Source of the DNA: Coriobacteriia bacterium
GTDB lineage: Bacteria; Actinomycetota; Coriobacteriia; Coriobacteriales; UBA8131
NCBI GenBank assembly: GCA_009784425.1
Contig: WRBR01000001.1
Location: 1-63,754, forward strand
Length of the DNA: 63,754 nucleotides
Direction: 5' to 3'
Shown here: in pieces, positions 43,513 to 52,150 of the stretch
How positions within the stretch are numbered: position 1 is the first letter of the stretch
Layout: the number at the start of each line of letters is the position of its first letter
Program-made: the position numbers and the translations under genes
Notes under the pieces: model-generated
The model's input: the letters and a program-made list of their open reading frames with translations, nothing else
What the model was told of the DNA's origin: nothing
Databases searched by the model: none

Positions 43513-43857
43513 ATGCTGTTTCACAAAGAGGAGAAAGCTACAGTCTTTTTGCTAGAGATTTACTGTATGGACCACCCAAACTCAAAGCTACTGTTTGAGT
43601 TTTTGGACGGCGAATCCTACCTCGCAACCTATTACACATCCTATGAGAGCGACAACTTTCATGCTGTTGAAGTAGGTATTGAGGAGGAAGAGGACGATTT
43701 CAATGAGATTGCCTTTCAAGTCTCAGAGGTCATCAAGCCAGGTCCACACAAGGATCCAAATTACGATTCGCTTTTGATAAACTACAAGAATTTTCCTGAA
43801 AGAGTAATTAACACTGAGAACAACGAAGTCGTTTTTCCGCCTAAAGAGGCAAGCTAA
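43513..43857 (+). CDS. small acidic protein, putative orphan immunity protein
   Basis: 114 aa. ATG at 43513 behind GGAAGG, immediately after the toxin-fragment stop. Acidic and cytoplasmic-looking. Confidence 0.45.
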   Translation: MLFHKEEKATVFLLEIYCMDHPNSKLLFEFLDGESYLATYYTSYESDNFHAVEVGIEEEEDDFNEIAFQVSEVIKPGPHKDPNYDSLLINYKNFPERVINTENNEVVFPPKEAS

Positions 43858-44197
43858 GACGGTTGTAAATGCTGGTGTGTCACGGGTGCATGTGTCACGC
43901 TTTAACGTATCGCTGCAAAAATGTTTGATAGTGACTATAAGCCGCTAATCTCAAATACCCCGCACTGCGAAACCAGATGCCGCACTGCCTAGATCCTTCG
44001 TCTACGCGGCAAAGAGCCCCGCCCAGCTCAGGATGACAGGGCAGGGGATTTGTTGGACAAATTCAGTCAGGCGCTGGGTTTTGATGCGGTTTAGAAAAAC
44101 GTAATACAGTTTTGAAATCGTTAAGGGGCAATCAAGAGAAAGTTTTGATACGGCAGCTATCATGTCTTCTTGTTATTGGTAAAAAAAGCTGTTATCC

Positions 44198-44224
44198 TGT
44201 GTATATACGAAAGGTGTATACACA
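44198..44224 (+). promoter_or_regulatory. inverted repeat TGTGTATA-N11-TATACACA upstream of mazE (putative MazE/MazEF operator)
   Basis: Read directly. It ends 14 nt upstream of the mazE ATG. Confidence 0.45.
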
Positions 44225-44237
44225 AGAAGGTGATTAC

Positions 44238-44519
44238 ATGTCAACAACGATAGCGCCTTGGGGAAACAGCGAGGCAATTCGTTTGCCTAAAGAACAGCTG
44301 AGGATAGTTGGGCTTGAGAGAGGTGATGAGGTGGAGCTGTTAGTAAATGAGCGGGGCAATCTGGAGATTGTTCCTAAGAAGACCTACCGCAGCGGGCGGC
44401 GGCGTCGCAAGGTTACCTTTGATGAGCTGTTTAAGGATTACGACGGCACAAGACAAGAATCACAAAGCCCCTGGGCCGATGATGCTCTCGTTGGCGCGGA
44501 AAAGGATGCCTGGTCGTAA
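44238..44519 (+). CDS. mazE: MazE/AbrB-SpoVT-type antitoxin
   Basis: STTIAPWGNSEAIRLPKEQL swapped-hairpin motif. Its stop overlaps the mazF start (TAATG). Confidence 0.85.
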   Translation: MSTTIAPWGNSEAIRLPKEQLRIVGLERGDEVELLVNERGNLEIVPKKTYRSGRRRRKVTFDELFKDYDGTRQESQSPWADDALVGAEKDAWS

Positions 44520-44851
44520 TGGTGTATGAACAAGGAGACATTGTTTTCATTGACTTCAGCCCTTCAAAAGGGCATGAGCCAATGTACCATCATCCCGCGC
44601 TGGTAGTGAGCAGCACGCGGGTCAACTATCTCACCAATCTCACCTTGTTGGCTCCCATCACCTCAACAGACAACCGCTTTCCGCTGCATGTGCCCATAAA
44701 GCTCGGCAATGCAGTAGAGGGATTTGTGCAGTGCGAGGCCCTGCGAGCGCTGGACTTACAAAGTCGCAAAGGCACCAAGCGCGTTGGAGCGGTAGACGAC
44801 GACACCCTAAGCGCGGTACTTGAGGCTCTCGGCGTTGTTTTAGGAATCTAA
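44519..44851 (+). CDS. mazF: MazF/PemK-family endoribonuclease toxin
   Basis: 110 aa with GDIVFIDFSPSKGHE...HPALVVS...LLAPITS motifs typical of MazF/PemK. Confidence 0.88.
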   Translation: MVYEQGDIVFIDFSPSKGHEPMYHHPALVVSSTRVNYLTNLTLLAPITSTDNRFPLHVPIKLGNAVEGFVQCEALRALDLQSRKGTKRVGAVDDDTLSAVLEALGVVLGI

Positions 44852-44856
44852 GTGGT

Positions 44857-45267
44857 GTGGCATCCCGCCCCTCCGTACCAAAGTCAATGCTTTTTAGAAA
44901 GAGGCGCTCCGTGTTTGATAACCTCAAAAAATATGCAACAAAGCCTGTGCTGTATGCACCGAGCACAAGCGCGTTTTGGGATGATGAACATATCTCTAAA
45001 GGTATGCTTCAAGCACATTTGAACCCAAATTGGGAAGCCGCAAGTCGCAAGCATGATTTTATTGACAAATCAGTAAACTGGATTGCAGGTGTTGCGCCAC
45101 CAACAGAGTTTAAATTTCTATTGGACTTAGGTTGTGGGCCCGGTTTATATTCAGAAAGGTTTAGCTCTGCGGGATTTTTACGAAGTAAACTCTATCCCAT
45201 TCGGCTAGCGGAGCGCGCAGCGTCCCCATTACACCTGGCTCAGGATGACAGGGGTGCGCCGGGTTAG
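44857..45267 (+). pseudogene. 3'-truncated class I SAM-dependent methyltransferase
   Basis: Sequence reaches MTase motif I (LLDLGCGPGLYSE) and then runs into repeat-derived sequence (GCTCAGGATGACAGGGG) and a stop. The rest of the Rossmann fold is missing. Confidence 0.6.
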
Positions 45268-45339
45268 GCTTGCTGTAAAGTGAAGTGCGTCAAGAGGAGA
45301 GTCCCCTTGACGCACTGAGCGCACTGAACAAACTGAGGG

Positions 45340-45936
45340 TTATCTTGGAAAGCTTGTGTTGAAGGCCTCGCCGAGCATGTCTTCTACGTCGTTGCTGGGT
45401 TTGAAACTCTCAAGGAAGGCAAGCATGGTGGGGTCATTGGGACCTATGCACCAGCCGTGAATATACACCACGTAATCGTCGGTCATCTGAGCCATGTAGA
45501 TTGTGCTTGGATGGCCGTTGAAGGTGAAATCAATGGTAGTCCAGGTGAATAAACCAGCCTTAACGTCGGGTCCTTGAGTTTTGGTATCAGACTTAAGCTG
45601 GTCTTCCAGCTTGCTCGCAATGTTGCCTGCACCAAAGGTTGGGGCAATTATGGCGCTGTTACCGCCGCCTATACTCTGAGAAAACTCAATGGTGGTATAG
45701 GTTCCGCCGGGGCTTTTAATCTCAAATCCGGCGGGAGGCACGGCAGAAAACCAAACAAAGTCTTCGCCGTTAGCTGCTTCATCAGAGCCGTCTTCTGAAC
45801 CGCCTTCAACTTCGCCGGCCTCAAGACCGCTGTCTGAGTCACTGGTTCCTGAATTGCCGCCTCCGCAAGCCACCAAAGATAATGCCAACACACAAATCAT
45901 AGATACGAGTAAAAACTTAAATAAAACCTTCTTCAT
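45340..45936 (-). CDS. lipoprotein of unknown function
   Basis: Signal peptide with lipobox LSLVAC followed by a G/S/D/E-rich linker. The (CT)23 tract lies immediately upstream. Confidence 0.8.
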   Translation of the reverse strand: MKKVLFKFLLVSMICVLALSLVACGGGNSGTSDSDSGLEAGEVEGGSEDGSDEAANGEDFVWFSAVPPAGFEIKSPGGTYTTIEFSQSIGGGNSAIIAPTFGAGNIASKLEDQLKSDTKTQGPDVKAGLFTWTTIDFTFNGHPSTIYMAQMTDDYVVYIHGWCIGPNDPTMLAFLESFKPSNDVEDMLGEAFNTSFPR

Positions 45937-45939
45937 GGG

Positions 45940-45994
<55 letters not shown>

Positions 45995-46248
45995 ACTCCT
46001 CAGAGGATATTAGCAAAAACTTCAGAGATAGAAGGAATAGTTGGCATGATGAAAACTAAGCGTAAAGAACCTTACACTTAGGCGGTGTGTCACTTTCCCC
46101 GCTCCCAGCTGACACATTGTCTGGTGCGGACAAGAGAACTGCCCCCTGTCCTTGCCCTGGCAGACTTCGTCCAAAATGCGTCAACTTTTTACTTAGTGCT
46201 AATAGTATGCGATAATGTGCAGAAGTTATAGGGTGACAAGAGGTTGTA

Positions 46249-49200
46249 ATGGCAGCTAAAAAAAGAAAAACCACCTCTCAACGATCCTTCAAGATATCGC
46301 TGCTTGTGGTATTGCTTACCGTTGCACTGGTGTTGGCGATGCCGCTTACTGCGTTTTCTGAGGAGGGCGGGGGCGCAACCCCTGAAAAGACTGGCTCTTC
46401 ATCTATCATCGCCTTTGGTTCCGGAGCAGCAAGCTTGCATATTAACGGCGGCACAGGCCTTACCTTCTCCTTTGTGTTTCTCACCTCGGGTGGGTCGCAG
46501 CAGACGATAAACATCCCCGGAAACGGCACGGTAACAGCGGTGTATCCCAATGGAAGCGCACTCGCTGCGGGTGATCAGCTCCTCTATGTATTGGTTTCTG
46601 ACTCCAACGGAAACCCCATTGGCACCATCCTGCAAAACGCTATTGGGCATAAGAGCGACGCGGGCGCGGTTTTGCAGGCAGACGGCTCTATGGGATCCAA
46701 TGGAAACATGGTGGGTAACACCGGAACCATCAACTTTTGGTTTAATGGCTTTCCAACTGGTGGCGGCACCCCGCCGAGTCCGCCCAGTATTCCTTCGTCT
46801 TACCTCATGGCTAACAAGGTTTGGCTCAATGCGGATGGCACACCGGATACCAACCCGCCCTCAGGTTTCACTTTTGTTTTGAATGGAACCATTCCCGGTG
46901 GGGGAACGGTCTCGAATATTGCGGTGCTTCCCGGTGTTCCGATTTTGGTTCAAGACGGCACCTATACCATCTCCGAGCCTGACATACCCGGCTTCACGCT
47001 CACGAGTGTTGTTTCAAGCACCATGCAACCGAATCTTGCCGATAGGTCAGCTTCGGCCACCACCTCCAACGGTAATTACTCGGCAACGTTTACCAATCAG
47101 ATTACCCCCATTAACTATCTCTTTACCATCGATGGGTTGAAGGTTGGCAACGGTGCTCCGCTGAGCCCCGGCCTTTTCAATTTCACTGTCACGGACAACG
47201 CAACGGGCTTGGTGGTTGCCACGGCTACGAATACTGCTGAAGCCTACATCTCTTCCACCAGCACGGCATACGGTTATATCACTTTCACGCCCATAACGTA
47301 CACCGCGGCAGACGTAGGCACTCACACCTACACGGTTTCAGAAGTGGGCACCAACAGCCCTCTTTGGACCTATGACAGCACAACGCAGTGGACGGTGCAG
47401 GTTACGGTCTCAATGGCCCCTGACGGCACCATCAGCGTAACCAACGACCTATACCCCAATATTGAGTTCCACAATTATTACAATGCCGTGGCCTCCTTCC
47501 AGCCTCAGGCCACCAAAACGGTCTCTGCGGGTGCTCACCTGGCAGCCGGGCAATTCAACTTTGCTGTTGAGGATAACGCAACGGGCTTGATAGTATCCAC
47601 CGGCACCAATGATGCAAGCGGCAACATCAACTTTGCTCATCTCACCTTTAACAGCAACCAGACTGGTGTGCATACCTACACCATCTATGAGACCACCCCA
47701 AACAGTACCGGCTGGTATACCGATGCCCATAGATATACCTTGGTTGTGGACGTGGAGCCCGACCCCAGCAGCGCCACCGGGTACAGTATCACCTCTTACT
47801 ACCAGGACTCAGGTGGCAATACCATCCCCAGTATCAATTTCAACAATGTCTATTATCCGCGCGCGTTTTTCTCCTTGTCTGCGTTTAAGCAGACCAACGG
47901 CGGTCCTCCTCTTACCTATGGCCAGTTTCAATTTGCTGTTCTTGACGAAGGGGGCAACGTAGTTGCTACGGGCACCAACGCCGCCGACGGAACCGTCACT
48001 TTTAGCTACATCGATTACTATCTGAGCGATGTGGGCTTTCACCAGTACTGGATTGTTGAGACAACGCCTTCAACAGGCAGCTGGACAACCAGCACCGTTG
48101 AATACCCGGTACTCGTGTATGTGGGAGATAACAGCAACGGCACCATGCAGGTTACGCCGTTTGTCTTGAACACGTCGAGTTACATTTTCATCAATACCTA
48201 TAGCTCATTTGGATCTGTCGATCTTACCGCCACCAAGACTGTCAGGGGCAGCACGCTCGCTGACGGACAGTTCTCCTTTGCCGTGCAGGATGCTAACGGG
48301 GTAATCGTGGCTACCGCCACCAACGACGCGGCCGGAAACATTGTTTTTCCTGAGATACATTACACCGATGCCGACGTGGGAACCCACGTGTACACGATAC
48401 TCGAGACAAGCCCCGGCGGAAACGGCTGGTCGATAAGCCCGGTGGTCTTTAGTGTTACCGTTGAAGTTGTTGATAACGGAAACGGCACGGTTACCGCAAC
48501 ACCCACCTATGACGGCGGCGGGCCGCCCACTTTTGTCAATACCTATGGCTCGGTTGGTTCTCTGGCCCTTGATGCTGAGAAGGTGGCGATTGGCGGCACG
48601 CTCACTGCCGGCCAGTTCTCCTTTGCTGTGCAAGAGGGTGGCATCACCGTGGCCACTGCTACCAACGATGCAGACGGATACATCCTCTTCCCCGCTATTC
48701 AGTACGACTCAACTGATGTGGGAACACACAACTACACCATTATCGAAACCAGCCCGTCGGGAGGCGGCTGGGTTACCGATACTACGGTTTTTCTCGTAAC
48801 AGTCGTTGTTGTCGATAACGGTGATGGTACTATCACCGCAACGCCAGACTATCTCCCTGGGGAGATTGAGTTCACCAACACCTACTCGGCGTATGGCTCC
48901 GAAACTTTAACCGCCACTAAAGTGGCCAGGGGAGAGCCACTGCCTGCGGAGCCCTTCACCTTTGAGGTTCTCGACCAAGGCGGAGCAACGGTTGCAACCG
49001 GAAGCAACGATGCGTCCGGTAACATCACCTTTACCCCGATAGACTTTACCAACCTTGATGTAGGGTTGCATCGCTATGTGATTGTAGAGACCGGCGGTGG
49101 GCCGGGTAGTGGCTGGACCCTCAGCACCAGCCAGATAGCCGTTTGGATTACTGTTGACGATAACGGCGATGGCACGCTTACCATCACAACGGTCTACCCA

Positions 49201-52041
49201 ACCGGCGCTGCAACTTTTACCAACACCTATAATGCGGCTGGCGAGCTTGTTCTTGAGGCAACCAAGCAGGGAATCAACAGCCCACTCACCGCTGACCAGT
49301 TCCATTTTGCTGTTCTGGATGACAGTGGCACCATCGTAGCTACCGGCACTAACGACGCGGCGGGCACTATAAGCTTCTCTCCCATCCATTACCTCCTCAA
49401 CGATGCCGGCATATCCCACTACTACACTATCGTTGAAACAGACCCGGGCGGCCTGGGCTGGACAACTGATAGCACGGTCTTCAACGTGTCGGTTGATGTT
49501 GTTGACAATGGAAATGGCACGATTACTGCAACACCCACCTACCCAGGTGGTGGCGTGGAATTCACCAATGTCTACTCTGCTGAAGGCCAGGTCATACTCA
49601 CTGCAACAAAGTCAGCGCTAGGCGCAAGCATTAGCGCGGGTCAGTTTACCTTTGCTGTCTTGGATAGCGGAGGCACAACAGTGGCTACCGGCACCAACGA
49701 TGCAACCGGCCTCATAAGCTTTTCACCGATAGATTACTCAATCCAAGAAGTGAAAACGCATAATTACACGGTTGTGGAAACCAGTGCCGCAGGGGGCGGT
49801 TGGCTGCCTGATCCTACGATTTTCACCGTAACTGTTGTCGTTACTGACAATGGTGACGGAACCCTCACGGCAACGCCAAGCTATCCCGCAGGAAGCATCG
49901 GTTTTATCAACACGTACTATGCAACGGGCTCACTTACCTTGACCGCAACCAAGAGGGCCATTGGTGGCACGCTTTCTGATAACCAGTTTGACTTTGCTGT
50001 GGTGGATCAATTTGGTGTAACCGTAGCCACCGGAACCAATGACGCGGCAGGGAATGTCACCTTTACGCCGATTAACTATACCAACAGCAACCTTGGCTTA
50101 CATCGTTATCTGATGGAAGAGACGAGCGCAAGCGGAAGCGGCTGGACTACCAGCACCAATCTGATTGCTGTTTGGGTCAGCGTTGTTGACAACGGCGACG
50201 GGACCCTCTCCGCCACACCGATGTTCCCAACCGGACCAGCGGTTTTCACCAATACCTACGAAGCTACTGGCTCGCTTGCCTTGACCGCCACCAAGGTGGC
50301 CAGGGGAGAGCCGCTGCCTGCTACGCCCTTCACCTTTGCCGTGCTTGACCAAAGCGGCGCAACGGTGGCAACGGGAAGCAACGATGCAGCCGGTAACGTT
50401 ACCTTTACGCCGATAGTCTATTCCAACCTTGATGTAGGGCTGCAGCGCTATATGATCACAGAAACGGGCGGAGGCCCGGGCAGCGGTTGGAGCCTCAGCA
50501 CCAGCCAGATACCGGTCTGGGTCACCGTGGTTGACAACGGCGACGGCACCCTCACTATGACGCCGAACTTCCCCATTGGGGCAGCGAACTTCATCAATAC
50601 GTATAACGCAGCGGGCTCGGTTACCCTGGCCGCAACGAAGGTGGCTGTAGGCAACACACTCACTGACGGTCAGTTCCACTTTGCCGTTTTGGATGACCTC
50701 GGCACCATCGTGGCCACCGGAACCAACAATGCGGCGGGCTCCATCACCTTCTCTCCCATCCACTACCTTGTTGCTGACATCGGCACCCACAACTACACCA
50801 TTATTGAGACAGATTTCAGCGGAGGAGGCTGGACAACTGACGCGAGCATCTTTGATATAAGTGTTACTGTTGTCGACAACGGAAATGGCACGATAACCGC
50901 AACACCTAGCTACCCCTTGCCCGGTGTTGAGTTTGTTAATACCTACTATCCCATGATGCATTTGGCTGTGACCAAGACGGTAAACGAGCCGTCGGTTTTC
51001 CTTGGAGAGACGGTAACCTGGAGCGTTGTTGCAAATGTGCCAAATGGTATAGCAAAATGTACGGAGTTCGCCGTGCAGGATGTCCTCGAGCCAGACTTGC
51101 AGTTTGTGAGCGGCTCCCTGAGGGTCATGGGCCTGTTGAACGATACCGATACTAGCGGACCTCTTATCCCTGAAAACCCCAACTTTACTCTCACTGAGCC
51201 ATCCGGCAGCAACAACAACACGCTCACCGTGGAGTTTAGTAGTCCTGACGGCTTGAACACCCTGGCAAACTTCAGTTCTGTGTTATTGGCGTTTGATACG
51301 ATAGTGACCCCCAACATCCTCAACCATCCCGAGTATACGCTGGAGAATACGGTAACTGTCAACGTCATCAACAACCTCGGTCAGCCGGATGAGGTAGAGC
51401 CAACAGTGATTCCCACGGTTCATACCGCTGCCATCCTCATCAACAAGCTGGATTCCACAACCCAAACAGGAGAAAACGTTAACGGGGCAGCGTTCAAGAT
51501 AGCCTCCTCGGCTCTCAACGCAGGGGCCGGTAACTACCTGAGGATTGCCGCTGACGGAAGCATTCTGGACGTTGGTGACCCGGGGTATGCCTCAGCAACC
51601 GACTGGGTGGCAACCACTGCGGGCGGAACGGCCACCACCCCTGCAACGGCGCTGTTTGCAGGATTAAAGGACTTTTCACAAGACCCATCAGGAGCTCGCA
51701 CCTACCTCAGTTACTGGCTGGTAGAAACAACAGCGCCGAGCGGCTACAACCTGCCCGGTGTCAGCATCCGCGTTGATTTCAATGCAAATAATTCCACCGC
51801 AGCAAACAGCTATACCGTAGCGGTGTCTATATTCAATACCCTTGCCTCACCAGGCCCCGGCCCTGACCCCACTCCCGGACCCGGCGGCGGCGGAACAGGC
51901 GGCCTCCCAAGTGTTGGCGACAACAAGAGCCTGCTGCTGTTGACGCTAGCGCTATCAGCATCAGCCTTGGGAGCACTCAGCATTCTGGCCTGGCGCAATA
52001 GGCGGTGCATGTCCTCCTGTCATTCTGAGCGAAGCGCGTAG
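46249..52041 (+). CDS. cell-wall-anchored adhesin with about 11 tandem Spy0128/FctA-type pilin isopeptide-linkage domains, a C-terminal Cna-B/SpaA-like domain and an LPSVG sorting-signal-like C-terminus
   Basis: Signal peptide, then repeated units of about 135 aa (ATK...GQFxFAVxD...VATGTNDAxGxIxF...DVGTHxYTIxET...VVDNGDGT...FxNTY). LVETTAPSGYNL, then LPSVGD + hydrophobic stretch + RNRR. Confidence 0.85.
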   Translation: MAAKKRKTTSQRSFKISLLVVLLTVALVLAMPLTAFSEEGGGATPEKTGSSSIIAFGSGAASLHINGGTGLTFSFVFLTSGGSQQTINIPGNGTVTAVYPNGSALAAGDQLLYVLVSDSNGNPIGTILQNAIGHKSDAGAVLQADGSMGSNGNMVGNTGTINFWFNGFPTGGGTPPSPPSIPSSYLMANKVWLNADGTPDTNPPSGFTFVLNGTIPGGGTVSNIAVLPGVPILVQDGTYTISEPDIPGFTLTSVVSSTMQPNLADRSASATTSNGNYSATFTNQITPINYLFTIDGLKVGNGAPLSPGLFNFTVTDNATGLVVATATNTAEAYISSTSTAYGYITFTPITYTAADVGTHTYTVSEVGTNSPLWTYDSTTQWTVQVTVSMAPDGTISVTNDLYPNIEFHNYYNAVASFQPQATKTVSAGAHLAAGQFNFAVEDNATGLIVSTGTNDASGNINFAHLTFNSNQTGVHTYTIYETTPNSTGWYTDAHRYTLVVDVEPDPSSATGYSITSYYQDSGGNTIPSINFNNVYYPRAFFSLSAFKQTNGGPPLTYGQFQFAVLDEGGNVVATGTNAADGTVTFSYIDYYLSDVGFHQYWIVETTPSTGSWTTSTVEYPVLVYVGDNSNGTMQVTPFVLNTSSYIFINTYSSFGSVDLTATKTVRGSTLADGQFSFAVQDANGVIVATATNDAAGNIVFPEIHYTDADVGTHVYTILETSPGGNGWSISPVVFSVTVEVVDNGNGTVTATPTYDGGGPPTFVNTYGSVGSLALDAEKVAIGGTLTAGQFSFAVQEGGITVATATNDADGYILFPAIQYDSTDVGTHNYTIIETSPSGGGWVTDTTVFLVTVVVVDNGDGTITATPDYLPGEIEFTNTYSAYGSETLTATKVARGEPLPAEPFTFEVLDQGGATVATGSNDASGNITFTPIDFTNLDVGLHRYVIVETGGGPGSGWTLSTSQIAVWITVDDNGDGTLTITTVYPTGAATFTNTYNAAGELVLEATKQGINSPLTADQFHFAVLDDSGTIVATGTNDAAGTISFSPIHYLLNDAGISHYYTIVETDPGGLGWTTDSTVFNVSVDVVDNGNGTITATPTYPGGGVEFTNVYSAEGQVILTATKSALGASISAGQFTFAVLDSGGTTVATGTNDATGLISFSPIDYSIQEVKTHNYTVVETSAAGGGWLPDPTIFTVTVVVTDNGDGTLTATPSYPAGSIGFINTYYATGSLTLTATKRAIGGTLSDNQFDFAVVDQFGVTVATGTNDAAGNVTFTPINYTNSNLGLHRYLMEETSASGSGWTTSTNLIAVWVSVVDNGDGTLSATPMFPTGPAVFTNTYEATGSLALTATKVARGEPLPATPFTFAVLDQSGATVATGSNDAAGNVTFTPIVYSNLDVGLQRYMITETGGGPGSGWSLSTSQIPVWVTVVDNGDGTLTMTPNFPIGAANFINTYNAAGSVTLAATKVAVGNTLTDGQFHFAVLDDLGTIVATGTNNAAGSITFSPIHYLVADIGTHNYTIIETDFSGGGWTTDASIFDISVTVVDNGNGTITATPSYPLPGVEFVNTYYPMMHLAVTKTVNEPSVFLGETVTWSVVANVPNGIAKCTEFAVQDVLEPDLQFVSGSLRVMGLLNDTDTSGPLIPENPNFTLTEPSGSNNNTLTVEFSSPDGLNTLANFSSVLLAFDTIVTPNILNHPEYTLENTVTVNVINNLGQPDEVEPTVIPTVHTAAILINKLDSTTQTGENVNGAAFKIASSALNAGAGNYLRIAADGSILDVGDPGYASATDWVATTAGGTATTPATALFAGLKDFSQDPSGARTYLSYWLVETTAPSGYNLPGVSIRVDFNANNSTAANSYTVAVSIFNTLASPGPGPDPTPGPGGGGTGGLPSVGDNKSLLLLTLALSASALGALSILAWRNRRCMSSCHSERSA

Positions 52042-52150
52042 CGCGTAGTCGAAGAACCCAGGCAGCGAGTTGCTGGCCAGGCTCTTTGGCTTCGCTTTGC
52101 TACGCTCAGGGTGACAGAGATTTCACATGCACCTGACTGCCATCCCTTTG

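Noticed and set aside
50098-50961. Long antisense ORFs inside the large repeat genes and other GC-rich genes, for example 50098-50961(-), 58251-59183(-), 48907-49419(-), 779-1441(-), 19689-20399(-) and 35398-35883(-).
   Set aside because: They lie antisense to strongly supported CDSs in high-GC, repeat-rich DNA where stop codons are rare. I recognised no motifs or start context.
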